Assembly (NCBI RefSeq): GCF_003918875.1
Contig: NW_025765324.1
Span: 1-64,000 of the forward strand
Source: Haliotis rubra
Lineage: Eukaryota
Reading direction: 5' to 3'
DNA length: 64,000 nucleotides
In this document: positions 1 to 13,378 of the stretch, in pieces
Layout of the letters: each line of letters begins with the position of its first letter
How positions within the stretch are numbered: the stretch's first letter is position 1
Made by a program: the position numbers and the translations under genes
Notes under the pieces: model-generated
What the model was told of the DNA's origin: nothing
Seen by the model: only the letters and a program-made list of their open reading frames with translations
Databases searched by the model: none

Positions 1-1500
1 TCGTGCCGCCGCAACGCAAGCAGCCCGCCCGGAATAAAATCGCTGCGCAAACGCCTGGCACCAAACAGAAAACGGGAAGGAAAGAACAAACGGAAATGGA
101 AGAAGACATGGAACACGAAAAACAAGGACCCGACAGTGGATGGAACACACACAAGACACGGACACCACACCCAGTGGACAACCAAAGAACCACACAGACA
201 CACATGACCGAACGGAAAATAAGGACACCCGGACAGACCCCAGCCCTGCACGAGACATGGAACCAAGAGATAGCCCAGGCTTCATATTCAACTGACATCT
301 CGGCATGAGGACCGACCAGCCACGGACACACAGCCAACACATATATCCAGGAATATGGAGACATAACCAACACTGACCCAGCACAACGGACGGAGTTGAA
401 CCATGGAGACACACAGCCCACACCGTGGTGAGCAGTAGCCGATCCCCTGAAACAGAAAAAAAAAATAAATATATATAAAACTGGAAAAATATGGAATGGA
501 ACTGACCACAGAAGGACAACTGGACAACAGGACAAAATAGCACACACAAGCATGGTACATGGACACAAAAGGAAATGGATAGAAGAAAGAATGACAGCAT
601 GGAACTGACCTTGTAGCCACATCCCTGTAGAGGACCACCCCAGCCCCAACCCCATCCACAGGACACAGACCACACAGCCCCAGGGACCAGGAATCGACCC
701 CAGGGCCCATCCCGGCCCATCCCAGACCCATACAGACCACAGCAACAGTGACGACGGACCACACACGGAGTATCTGTTCAGTAACATAAAATTACCCAAG
801 ACAGGAAAATAGAATATAAACACATACTGTCTGGAGAATGGACCGACCACAACCGACAAAGAACTTTACGACCAAGAATGGATCAACAGAACGGACCCAA
901 CACAGCACACGCCCAGCCCCAACACAAGAGATGATGAATACCCTATAAGTATATACAGGGACTATAAGGACTGGACACGGGCCGGCCACCGGTGGCAACA
1001 CAGACCCGACCGATCATTCCCATCTGGCCTCAGCCCGAGGCGACACCCCAAGGCTACATGTGTGGTGGCAGATGGAAACCACGGAAGCAGGAGGTGGTAT
1101 ATAATAAGGATGGCATGGAGCCGAATCCGGATGAAATGGAATAATCCAGCCGAATCACAGTATAAGTGAAATATAGATAGTAGCCGGGTGGATCCAGAAT
1201 CAACCAGACACAGGATACATGCCCGAGGACGAAATACGTGGCACTGGAAAAGAAGCACACGCAGCAGTGGCACACAGCAGCAGTGGCCATGGAACATTCC
1301 ACACACAGCCTGTCCACACGATGACCGACACCGACCCCACGAATCAATCCCCACCACACCGGAAACAAAATACTGGCAATAGCCCCAAATGTATGGACAG
1401 CCCAGTGGCCACAAAGTGGCCCAGCCACACACCAACACAGCACGTGATGAAGGAAATGCACCGGATGTCTCTGAAACAGTGGACAAGCCTATGGATATAC
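1..1500. other. Garbled, compressed copy of the 3.35-kb tandem unit (probable low-quality consensus)
   Basis: Exact words of the unit occur in the correct order (GAGACATGGAACCAAG ~252, CATATATCCAG ~339, CTGAAACAGAAAAAA ~447, GAGTATCTGTTCAGTAACATAAAA ~768, CAGCCTGTCCACACGATGAC ~1306). They are separated by T-poor filler. Clean unit sequence starts abruptly near 1501. Confidence 0.75.
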
Positions 1501-2721
1501 CATTCGGTCCTTCTTGTGCCAAATTAAATAGATGTTGTCTTTGGATAATGGCTCAACAATTGCTACAATTCAATGTATATTTAATCACTGTTGCAAGTGA
1601 TTCACTTCAACTTCAATGTTTTAGGCTTCCGGAGAATGTTTGATCATAAACACCAGTAGAAAGAAGAAATAGAAAACTCGCCTCTACCCTTTACATATGG
1701 CCTTTACATCATGAAAACAGTCTTCTGTGTGTTCATAGATAATGTTACTGTTGCGTTAAAATCAATCGTGTCCGATTTGATAAATCTGTACTTTTTTATA
1801 GTGCATCCAGATAGAAATACTTCTCCTGTTAATTGCATCAGCGGTATGCAAACGGTTAGATTACATCATGAAATCAAGAAGTAAACTTCCCATGGAGTGT
1901 ACAAAATGATTGGTATTGCCATCAACTGTTATCGACTATTCATAGCATGTTCAATAGTAACTTATGATTGTAGACCTTTTCATTTTGTTTGTGTGATACA
2001 TAAACCGATAGCATATGCTAATGTAATGAAATTCCAACTGCTACGCAATCCCTTCTAGTATAGGCAGTAAGAATACTACAGCATGTGTTTGTTATTTATT
2101 CTTCAAGACCATGGTATCAATATTTGTTATCACAGAAACTTAGATATTCATCATCCAAAGGACAATGCGTGTTCCGTAAAGAACACTCGCTCAATTTCTA
2201 GGACAGGTTACATACTTGCATTCGAATCGAATACTGTGCACACTAGCTACTATTAGATGACTTACTGCACCCTAACACGGAAATATGACTCAACTCCGGA
2301 TATTTTCGGATTTCACTATGACATCATCAAGACCCTTCGTGGCAGCACAAATGGTATATTCGCATGAGACATGGAACCAAGTAAGAGATAGCCTGTATGA
2401 AATATGTCAAGCCTAAAATCCCTCCTCTCATATTCAATCTGATTTCGTCAGGACATTCTAAGCATATTTCATTAGTTGACACCACTGCTGGAAGCAAAAC
2501 TGATTACCAGTTAAGTGTTTGGATATCGTTGAATAACACATATATCCAGAGTTAATAATATGGAGACATATAGTAACTCGTCCATTTTGTAAACATTGAA
2601 TTCAGCTTTAAGATTCTCAAACAAAGCACAAATCGTTTGTATTTCAAGTTTTATTGAACCAATTGTATTGTCATGAGTATACAAAATAAATAGTCTTCTT
2701 CACACTGCAGGTGACAGTAAC

Positions 2722-3320
2722 TCAGTAGTAGCCGATTCCTGAAACAGAAAAAATAGTTACATATAAAATTGGGATTTATGGAAAAGTAACATGGAAATGT
2801 TGAAACTGCTTGCACCATAAACTATACCAAGCATTTCAAACAGCTGACAACAGTTTTACAGATGTTTATCAACTGACAACAGCTTATTTGCATAAAATAG
2901 TACTAATAAATACATGGGTACATGATATCATTTTATAAAAGTGAAGTTTAAAATGGGATAACAGAAGAAAGAATGACAGCATGTGTTGTGAAATACCTTT
3001 TCCTAGTCCGATTCCGTAGCCTGCCATTCCGTAGAGACCACCAATGGTCCTCCAAGTCCTCCAAGTCCTCCAAGTCCTCCATACAGACCTCCCATGCCGT
3101 ATCCGTATTTGCCTCCGTACAGACCGCCCATTCCTCCGTACAGACCGCCATAGCCTCCGTAAAGACCTCCCTGCATTCCACCTATTCCGTAGCCTATTCC
3201 GCCCATTCCGCCCATTCCTCCATACAACCCAGCCATTCCATATGCTCCATACAGACCGGTTGGCTCAGCAAAGGCGGTAACAGCCAGGCAGGCAACAAGG
3301 ACGACGACTATTTTCATCAT
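2722..3320 (-). pseudogene. Gly/Tyr-rich secreted protein, copy 1; +2 frameshift near 3043-3048 (possibly assembly error)
   Basis: Same structure as the other copies. CCACCAATGGTCCTCC replaces CCACCATGGCCTCC or CCACCAAGTCCTCC, giving a premature stop (...QATESD*). Confidence 0.75.
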
Positions 3321-6068
3321 TTTGAGTATCTGTTCAGTAACATAAAAATCATCTTCAAGACAGGAAAACAACATGTTATCATTACTCGTCTGGAGAATTG
3401 ACTTCACGCCACTCCTAATGAATAATGTTATCATTTTTCATTTCATATGCATCCACATACTGGAAAATTTACAAGAACGGTAAATATTCCTTACTTATTC
3501 GTACTTTGATGAATTGGATCAATGTAAAAGTTGAAAAGGAGAGGTGTGCAGCAGAAGAACGAAAACTTCAAAGTATACATGTTTACCACAGGCAAACCTT
3601 GACCTGGTACTTACAGTTTGGTGTTAACACGTATCTGTGTCTTAACAGCAGGTGAAAATAAGAGATGATAGAATACTTTCCCTCTCCTATATATATACAA
3701 TTGTAGGACTATATGTGATTGATTTACCTTGGGCTGGCCACTTCCAGGTAAGCAACACACCTTAACGTTAATGATGTAAACTGATCATTCTATTCGCCTC
3801 AAAGGTTCTGCCTGAGGTTATCACCCTAAGGCTATACATGTGTGTTGGTATAGATGAACGTTCATTTAGGAAGTAGAGGGCGGTATATAATAGGGCGAAG
3901 GTGTCTCTTCCTATCTTCTTCTCTCTACGGCATGGTTTAACTGCATTTAAACAACTTCCAGTTACCCAACGTTTAACCAGTATTAAGCAAATATTAGATA
4001 GTAGTTTGGGAGCTGTGTATCCATTACACATGTAATGGAGCAATGTAAAATCAGACATTATGATATATGTGCCTGAGACGAAATTACAAAATACGGGGCA
4101 ATTGAAGCAACGCGCTAGTACAGCGTCGCCACACTACAGCAGTATCACTGTGCTACAAGGGGTCACTATGCAAACATCTACGTGTAATACTGCAGCCTGT
4201 CCACACGATGACTGCATGCTTACTATACTGCAGAAATCCCAATACCCTAATATTCTCCCCGAATGTTAACAATCTCACCACACTGAAACAAAATACTACA
4301 ATAGCTTTATTTCCCAAATGTTATATACATATACTAGTGTCTTTTCACCAAGGGCCTGTCACTATCAATTGTCACAGCACGCATTTAGCTGTAAAAACAA
4401 AGCACCGATGTCTTCTGAAAACAGGATTAGGTTTCCCCTATGACATACAGCATGTTCCCTGGTATTTGTCGACTTTTCTTTGCATGTGTTTCTCACTGGT
4501 GTAGCAGAGGGTTAGGATACACTCACCTCCTTCGCGAACACTTTGTGTCATCACTATTTGATAGAAAGTCATGCACACTTTCCTAGGATATAGTCACAAT
4601 CGTACAGTGGACTCTGCCTTTAGTGGATATTCCTGACAATTACATAAAGGGTTGTGTCGCTTTATTTTACACCTATTTTCTTTGAAGTAACTGTGGATTT
4701 CTTTAATGATATCGATCTTCTGATGAAACAGAATTCGCTAATCATAAAGGGAACAATTGTACTGAAACATATACTGCTTATTAGCCAAGACACCAGGTGC
4801 TAGCCAACAGTTTGTGGCTGTAAATTCGTTTTTAATGTTTCATGACCTTTCCATTCGGTCCTTCTTGTGCCAAATTAAATAGATGTTGTCTTTGGATAAT
4901 GGCTCAACAATTGCTACAATTCAATGTATATTTAATCACTGTTGCAAGTGATTCACTTCAACTTGTTTTAGGCTTCCGGAGAATGTTTGATCATAAACAC
5001 CAGTAGAAAGAAGAAATAGAAAACTCGCCTCTACCCTTTACATATGGCCTTTTACATCATGAAAACAGTCTTCTGTGTGTTCATAGATAATGTTACTGTT
5101 GCGTTAAAATCAATCGTGTCCGATTTGATAAATCTGTACTTTTGATAGTGCATCCAGATAGAAATACTTCTCCTGTTAATTGCATCAGCGGTATGCAAAC
5201 GGTTAGATTACATCATGAAATCAAGAAGTAAACTTCCCATGGAGTGTACAAAATGATTGGTATTGCCATCAACTGTTATCGACTATTCATAGCATGTTCA
5301 ATAGTAACTTATGATTGTAGACCTTTTCATTTTGTTTGTGTGATACATAAACCGATAGCATATGCTAATGTAATGAAATTCCAACTGCTACGCAATCCCT
5401 TCTAGTATAGGCAGTAAGAATACTACAGCATGTGTTTGTTATTTATTCTTCAAGACCATGGTATCAATATTTGTTATCACAGAAACTTAGATATTCATCA
5501 TCCAAAGGACAATGCGTGTTCCGTAAAGAACACTCGCTCAATTTCTAGGACAGGTTACATACTTGCATTCGAATCGAATACTGTGCACACTAGCTACTAT
5601 TAGATGACTTACTGCACCCCAACACGGAAATATGACTCAACTCCGGATATTTTCGGATTTCACTATGACATCATCAAGACCCTTCGTGGCAGCACAAATG
5701 GTATATTCGCATGAGACATGGAACCAAGTAAGAGATAGCCTGTATGAAATATGTCAAGCCTAAAATCCCTCCTCTCATATTCAATCTGATTTCGTCAGGA
5801 CATTCTAAGCATATTTCATTAGTTGACACCACTGCTGGAAGCAAAACTGATTACCAGTTAAGTGTTTGGATATCGTTGAATAACACATATATCCAGAGTT
5901 AATAATATGGAGACATATAGTAACTCGTCCATTTTGTAAACATTGAATTCAGCTTTAAGATTCTCAAACAAAGCACAAATCGTTTGTATTTCAAGTTTTA
6001 TTGAACCAATTGTATTGTCATGAGTATACAAAATAAATAGTCTTCTTCACACTGCAGGTGACAGTAAC

Positions 6069-6665
6069 TCAGTAGTAGCCGATTCCTGAAACAGAAAAAA
6101 TAGTTACATATAAAATTGGGATTTATGGAAAAGTAACATGGAAATGTTGAAACTGCTTGCACCATAAACTATACCAAGCATTTCAAACAGCTGACAACAG
6201 TTTTACAGATGTTTATCAACTGACAACAGCTTATTTGCATAAAATAGTACTAATAAATACATGGGTACATGATATCATTTTATAAAAGTGAAGTTTAAAA
6301 TGGGATAACAGAAGAAAGAATGACAGCATGTGTTGTGAAATACCTTTTCCTAGTCCGATTCCGTAGCCTGCCATTCCGTAGAGACCACCATGGCCTCCAA
6401 GTCCTCCAAGTCCTCCAAGTCCTCCATACAGACCTCCCATGCCGTATCCGTATTTGCCTCCGTACAGACCGCCCATTCCTCCGTACAGACCGCCATAGCC
6501 TCCGTAAAGACCTCCCTGCATTCCACCTATTCCGTAGCCTATTCCGCCCATTCCGCCCATTCCTCCATACAACCCAGCCATTCCATATGCTCCATACAGA
6601 CCGGTTGGCTCAGCAAAGGCGGTAACAGCCAGGCAGGCAACAAGGACGACGACTATTTTCATCAT
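6069..6665 (-). CDS. Secreted Gly/Tyr/Met-rich repetitive protein, copy 2 (112 aa; coding exons 6344-6665 and 6069-6085)
   Basis: Acceptor TTACTGAACAG lies 9 nt upstream of CAAAATG. N-terminus MMKIVVVLVACLAVTAFA-EP is a hydrophobic signal peptide with an AxA site. Donor AAAG/GTATTT, 258-bp intron and acceptor TTTTTTCTGTTTCAG give ...GKGIGYY*. AATAAA lies ~70 nt downstream. Confidence 0.9.
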
Positions 6666-7034
6666 TTTGAGTATCTGTTCAGTAACATAAAAATCATCTT
6701 CAAGACAGGAAAACAACATGTTATCATTACTCGTCTGGAGAATTGACTTCACGCCACTCCTAATGAATAATGTTATCATTTTTCATTTCATATGCATCCA
6801 CATACTGGAAAATTTACAAGAACGGTAAATATTCCTTACTTATTCGTACTTTGATGAATTGGATCAATGTAAAAGTTGAAAAAGGAGAGGTGTGCAGCAG
6901 AAGAACGAAAACTTCAAAGTATACATGTTTACCACAGGCAAACCTTGACCTGGTACTTACAGTTTGGTGTTAACACGTATCTGTGTCTTAACAGCAGGTG
7001 AAAATAAGAGATGATAGAATACTTTCCCCTCTCC

Positions 7035-7044
7035 TATATATATA
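7035..7044 (-). promoter_or_regulatory. TATA-like box of array copy 2 (present in every unit), upstream of a non-coding exon 1
   Basis: TATATATATA lies ~75 nt upstream of the strong donor ACT/GTAAGT (intron 1 = 6675-6960). The equivalent position in the plus-strand copy reads TATATAAA. Confidence 0.6.
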
Positions 7045-9420
7045 CAATTGGTGGACTATATGTGATTGATTTACCTTGGGCTGGCCACTTCCAGGTAAGC
7101 AACACACCTTAACGTTAATGATGTAAACTGATCATTCTATTCGCCTCAAAGGTTCTGCCTGAGGTTATCACCCTAAGGCTATACATGTGTGTTGGTATAG
7201 ATGAACGTTCATTTAGGAAGTAGAGGGCGGTATATAATAGGGCGAAGGTGTCTCTTCCTATCTTTCTCTTCTCTCTACGGCATGGTTTAACTGCATTTAA
7301 ACAACTTCCAGTTACCCAACGTTTAACCAGTATTAAGCAAATATTAGATAGTAGTTTGGGAGCTGTGTATCCATTACACATGTAATGGAGCAATGTAAAA
7401 TCAGACATTATGATATATGTGCCTGAGACGAAATTACAAAATACGGGGCAATTGAAGCAACGCGCTAGTACAGCGTCGCCACACTACAGCAGTATCACTG
7501 TGCTACAAGGGGTCACTATGCAAACATCTACGTGTAATACTGCAGCCTGTCCACACGATGACTGCATGCTTACTATACTGCAGAAATCCCAATACCCTAA
7601 TATTCTCCCCGAATGTTAACAATCTCACCACACTGAAACAAAATACTACAATAGCTTTATTTCCCAAATGTTATATACATATACTAGTGTCTTTTCACCA
7701 AGGGCCTGTCACTATCAATTGTCACAGCACGCATTTAGCTGTAAAAAAACAAAGCACCGATGTCTTCTGAAAACAGGATTAGGTTTCCCCTATGACATAC
7801 AGCATGTTCCCTGGTATTTGTCGACTTTTCTTTGCATGTGTTTCTCACTGGTGTAGCAGAGGGGTTAGGATACACTCACCTCCTTCGCGAACACTTTGTG
7901 TCATCACTATTTGATAGAAAGTCATGCACACTTTCCTAGGATATAGTCACAATCGTACAGTGGACTCTGCCTTTAGTGGATATTCCTGACAATTACATAA
8001 AGGGTTGTGTCGCTTTATTTTACACCTATTTTCTTTGAAGTAACTGTGGATTTCTTAATGATATCGATCTTCTGATGAAACAGAATTCGCTAATCATAAA
8101 GGGAACAATTGTACTGAAACATATACTGCTTATTAGCCAAGACACCAGGTGCTAGCCAACAGTTTGTGGCTGTAAATTCGTTTTTTAATGTTTCATGACC
8201 TTTCCATTCGGTCCTTCTTGTGCCAAATTAAATAGATGTTGTCTTTGGATAATGGCTCAACAATTGCTACAATTCAATGTATATTTAATCACTGTTGCAA
8301 GTGATTCACTTCAACTTGTTTTAGGCTTCCGGAGAATGTTTGATCATAAACACCAGTAGAAAGAAGAAATAGAAAACTCGCCTCTACCCTTTACATATGG
8401 CCTTTACATCATGAAAACAGTCTTCTGTGTGTTCATAGATAATGTTACTGTTGCGTTAAAATCAATCGTGTCCGATTTGATAAATCTGTACTTTTGATAG
8501 TGCATCCAGATAGAAATACTTCTCCTGTTAATTGCATCAGCGGTATGCAAACGGTTAGATTACATCATGAAATCAAGAAGTAAACTTCCCATGGAGTGTA
8601 CAAAATGATTGGTATTGCCATCAACTGTTATCGACTATTCATAGCATGTTCAATAGTAACTTATGATTGTAGACCTTTTCATTTTGTTTGTGTGATACAT
8701 AAACCGATAGCATATGCTAATGTAATGAAATTCCAACTGCTACGCAATCCCTTCTAGTATAGGCAGTAAGAATACTACAGCATGTGTTTGTTATTTATTC
8801 TTCAAGACCATGGTATCAATATTTGTTATCACAGAAACTTAGATATTCATCATCCAAAGGACAATGCGTGTTCCGTAAAGAACACTCGCTCAATTTCTAG
8901 GACAGGTTACATACTTGCATTCGAATCGAATACTGTGCACACTAGCTACTATTAGATGACTTACTGCACCCCAACACGGAAATATGACTCAACTCCGGAT
9001 ATTTTCGGATTTCACTATGACATCATCAAGACCCTTCGTGGCAGCACAAATGGTATATTCGCATGAGACATGGAACCAAGTAAGAGATAGCCTGTATGAA
9101 ATATGTCAAGCCTAAAATCCCTCCTCTCATATTCAATCTGATTTCGTCAGGACATTCTAAGCATATTTCATTAGTTGACACCACTGCTGGAAGCAAAACT
9201 GATTACCAGTTAAGTGTTTGGATATCGTTGAATAACACATATATCCAGAGTTAATAATATGGAGACATATAGTAACTCGTCCATTTTGTAAACATTGAAT
9301 TCAGCTTTAAGATTCTCAAACAAAGCACAAATCGTTTGTATTTCAAGTTTTATTGAACCAATTGTATTGTCATGAGTATACAAAATAAATAGTCTTCTTC
9401 ACACTGCAGGTGACAGTAAC

Positions 9421-10019
9421 TCAGTAGTAGCCGATTCCTGAAACAGAAAAAATAGTTACATATAAAATTGGGATTTATGGAAAAGTAACATGGAAATGTT
9501 GAAACTGCTTGCACCATAAACTATACCAAGCATTTCAAACAGCTGACAACAGTTTTACAGATGTTTATCAACTGACAACAGCTTATTTGCATAAAATAGT
9601 ACTAATAAATACATGGGTACATGATATCATTTTATAAAAGTGAAGTTTAAAATGGGATAACAGAAGAAAGAATGACAGCATGTGTTGTGAAATACCTTTT
9701 CCTAGTCCGATTCCGTAGCCTGCCATTCCGTAGAGACCACCAAGTCCTCCAAGTCCTCCAAGTCCTCCAAGTCCTCCATACAGACCTCCCATGCCGTATC
9801 CGTATTTGCCTCCGTACAGACCGCCCATTCCTCCGTACAGACCGCCATAGCCTCCGTAAAGACCTCCCTGCATTCCACCTATTCCGTAGCCCCTATTCCG
9901 CCCATTCCGCCCATTCCTCCATACAACCCAGCCATTCCATATGCTCCATACAGACCGGTTGGCTCAGCAAAGGCGGTAACAGCCAGGCAGGCAACAAGGA
10001 CGACGACTATTTTCATCAT
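9421..10019 (-). pseudogene. Gly/Tyr-rich secreted protein, copy 3; +2 C frameshift at ~9890 (possibly homopolymer error)
   Basis: GTAGCCCCTATT versus GTAGCCTATT in the other copies. The ORF track shows the frame split (9879-10133 and 9583-9873). Confidence 0.75.
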
Positions 10020-12772
10020 TTTGAGTATCTGTTCAGTAACATAAAAATCATCTTCAAGACAGGAAAACAACATGTTATCATTACTCGTCTGGAGAATTGA
10101 CTTCACGCCACTCCTAATGAATAATGTTATCATTTTTCATTTCATATGCATCCACATACTGGAAAATTTACAAGAACGGTAAATATTCCTTACTTATTCG
10201 TACTTTGATGAATTGGATCAATGTAAAAGTTGAAAAAGGAGAGGTGTGCAGCAGAAGAACGAAAACTTCAAAGTATACATGTTTACCACAGGCAAACCTT
10301 GACCTGGTACTTACAGTTTGGTGTTAACACGTATCTGTGTCTTAACAGCAGGTGAAAATAAGAGATGATAGAATACTTTCCCCGTCTCCTATATATATAC
10401 AATTGGTGGACTATATGTGTTTGATTTACCTTGGGCTGGCCACTTCCAGGTAAGCAACACACCTTAACGTTAATGATGTAAACTGATCATTCTATTCGCC
10501 TCAAAGGTTCTGCCTGAGGTTATCACCCTAAGGCTATACATGTGTGTTGGTATAGATGAACGTTCATTTAGGAAGTAGAGGGCGGTATATAATAGGGCGA
10601 AGGTGTCTCTTCCTATCTTTCTCTTCTCTCTACGGCATGGTTTAACTGCATCTAAACAACTTCCAGTTACCCAACGTTTAACCAGTATTAAGCAAATATT
10701 AGATAGTAGTTTGGGAGCTGTGTATCCATTACACATGTAATGGAGCAATGTAAAATCAGACATTATGATATATGTGCCTGAGACGAAATTACAAAATACG
10801 GGGCAATTGAAGCAACGCGCTAGTACAGCGTCGCCACACTACAGCAGTATCACTGTGCTACAAGGGGTCACTATGCAAACATCTACGTGTAATACTGCAG
10901 CCTGTCCACACGATGACTGCATGCTTACTATACTGCAGAAATCCCAATACCCTAATATTCTCCCCGAATGTTAACAATCTCACCACACTGAAACAAAATA
11001 CTACAATAGCTTTATTTCCCAAATGTTATATACATATACTAGTGTCTTTTCACCAAGGGCCTGTCACTATCAATTGTCACAGCACGCATTTAGCTGTAAA
11101 AAACAAAGCACCGATGTCTTCTGAAAACAGGATTAGGTTTCCCCTATGACATACAGCATGTTCCCTGGTATTTGTCGACTTTTCTTTGCATGTGTTTCTC
11201 ACTGGTGTAGCAGAGGGGTTAGGATACACTCACCTCCTTCGCGAACACTTTGTGTCATCACTATTTGATAGAAAGTCATGCACACTTTCCTAGGATATAG
11301 TCACAATCGTACAGTGGACTCTGCCTTTAGTGGATATTCCTGACAATTACATAAAGGGTTGTGTCGCTTTATTTTACACCTATTTTCTTTGAAGTAACTG
11401 TGGATTTCTTAATGATATCGATCTTCTGATGAAACAGAATTCGCTAATCATAAAGGGAACAATTGTACTGAAACATATACTGCTTATTAGCCAAGACACC
11501 AGGTGCTAGCCAACAGTTTGTGGCTGTAAATTCGTTTTAATGTTTCATGACCTTTCCATTCGGTCCTTCTTGTGCCAAATTAAATAGATGTTGTCTTTGG
11601 ATAATGGCTCAACAATTGCTACAATTCAATGTATATTTAATCACTGTTGCAAGTGATTCACTTCAACTTGTTTTAGGCTTCCGGAGAATGTTTGATCATA
11701 AACACCAGTAGAAAGAAGAAATAGAAAACTCGCCTCTACCCTTTACATATGGCCTTTACATCATGAAAACAGTCTTCTGTGTGTTCATAGATAATGTTAC
11801 TGTTGCGTTAAAATCAATCGTGTCCGATTTGATAAATCTGTACTTTTGATAGTGCATCCAGATAGAAATACTTCTCCTGTTAATTGCATCAGCGGTATGC
11901 AAACGGTTAGATTACATCATGAAATCAAGAAGTAAACTTCCCATGGAGTGTACAAAATGATTGGTATTGCCATCAACTGTTATCGACTATTCATAGCATG
12001 TTCAATAGTAACTTATGATTGTAGACCTTTTCATTTTGTTTGTGTGATACATAAACCGATAGCATATGCTAATGTAATGAAATTCCAACTGCTACGCAAT
12101 CCCTTCTAGTATAGGCAGTAAGAATACTACAGCATGTGTTTGTTATTTATTCTTCAAGACCATGGTATCAATATTTGTTATCACAGAAACTTAGATATTC
12201 ATCATCCAAAGGACAATGCGTGTTCCGTAAAGAACACTCGCTCAATTTCTAGGACAGGTTACATACTTGCATTCGAATCGAATACTGTGCACACTAGCTA
12301 CTATTAGATGACTTACTGCACCCCAACACGGAAATATGACTCAACTCCGGATATTTTCGGATTTCACTATGACATCATCAAGACCCTTCGTGGCAGCACA
12401 AATGGTATATTCGCATGAGACATGGAACCAAGTAAGAGATAGCCTGTATGAAATATGTCAAGCCTAAAATCCCTCCTCTCATATTCAATCTGATTTCGTC
12501 AGGACATTCTAAGCATATTTCATTAGTTGACACCACTGCTGGAAGCAAAACTGATTACCAGTTAAGTGTTTGGATATCGTTGAATAACACATATATCCAG
12601 AGTTAATAATATGGAGACATATAGTAACTCGTCCATTTTGTAAACATTGAATTCAGCTTTAAGATTCTCAAACAAAGCACAAATCGTTTGTATTTCAAGT
12701 TTTATTGAACCAATTGTATTGTCATGAGTATACAAAATAAATAGTCTTCTTCACACTGCAGGTGACAGTAAC

Positions 12773-13378
12773 TCAGTAGTAGCCGATTCCTGAAACAGAA
12801 AAAATAGTTACATATAAAATTGGGATTTATGGAAAAGTAACATGGAAATGTTGAAACTGCTTGCACCATAAACTATACCAAGCATTTCAAACAGCTGACA
12901 ACAGTTTTACAGATGTTTATCAACTGACAACAGCTTATTTGCATAAAATAGTACTAATAAATACATGGGTACATGATATCATTTTATAAAAGTGAAGTTT
13001 AAAATGGGATAACAGAAGAAAGAATGACAGCATGTGTTGTGAAATACCTTTTCCTAGTCCGATTCCGTAGCCTGCCATTCCGTAGAGACCACCATGGCCT
13101 CCAAGTCCTCCAAGTCCTCCAAGTCCTCCAAGTCCTCCATACAGACCTCCCATGCCGTATCCGTATTTGCCTCCGTACAGACCGCCCATTCCTCCGTACA
13201 GACCGCCATAGCCTCCGTAAAGACCTCCCTGCATTCCACCTATTCCGTAGCCTATTCCGCCCATTCCGCCCATTCCTCCATACAACCCAGCCATTCCATA
13301 TGCTCCATACAGACCGGTTGGCTCAGCAAAGGCGGTAACAGCCAGGCAGGCAACAAGGACGACGACTATTTTCATCAT
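12773..13378 (-). CDS. Secreted Gly/Tyr/Met-rich protein, copy 4 (115 aa; GGLx4+GGH)
   Basis: Intact frame and the same splice signals as copy 2; one extra 9-bp GGL repeat. Confidence 0.9.

Noticed and set aside
3-1527. ORFs in the first 1.5 kb
   Set aside because: They arise from T-depleted garbled sequence that lacks stop codons.
6320-6746. Plus-strand Ser/Arg-rich ORFs overlapping each gene copy
   Set aside because: Antisense shadows of the Gly-codon repeats.
6231-6779. 182-aa ORF (and its equivalents in each unit) as the real protein
   Set aside because: The first 38 codons lie mostly in intron 1, upstream of a clear acceptor and CAAAATG. The last ~37 codons run into intron 2. The spliced product is 112 aa.
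7115-7856. Short ORFs repeated in every unit (MSDFTLL..., MIYVPET..., MTACLL...)
   Set aside because: They recur only because the DNA is duplicated. They have no recognisable domain and are broken by indels in some copies.
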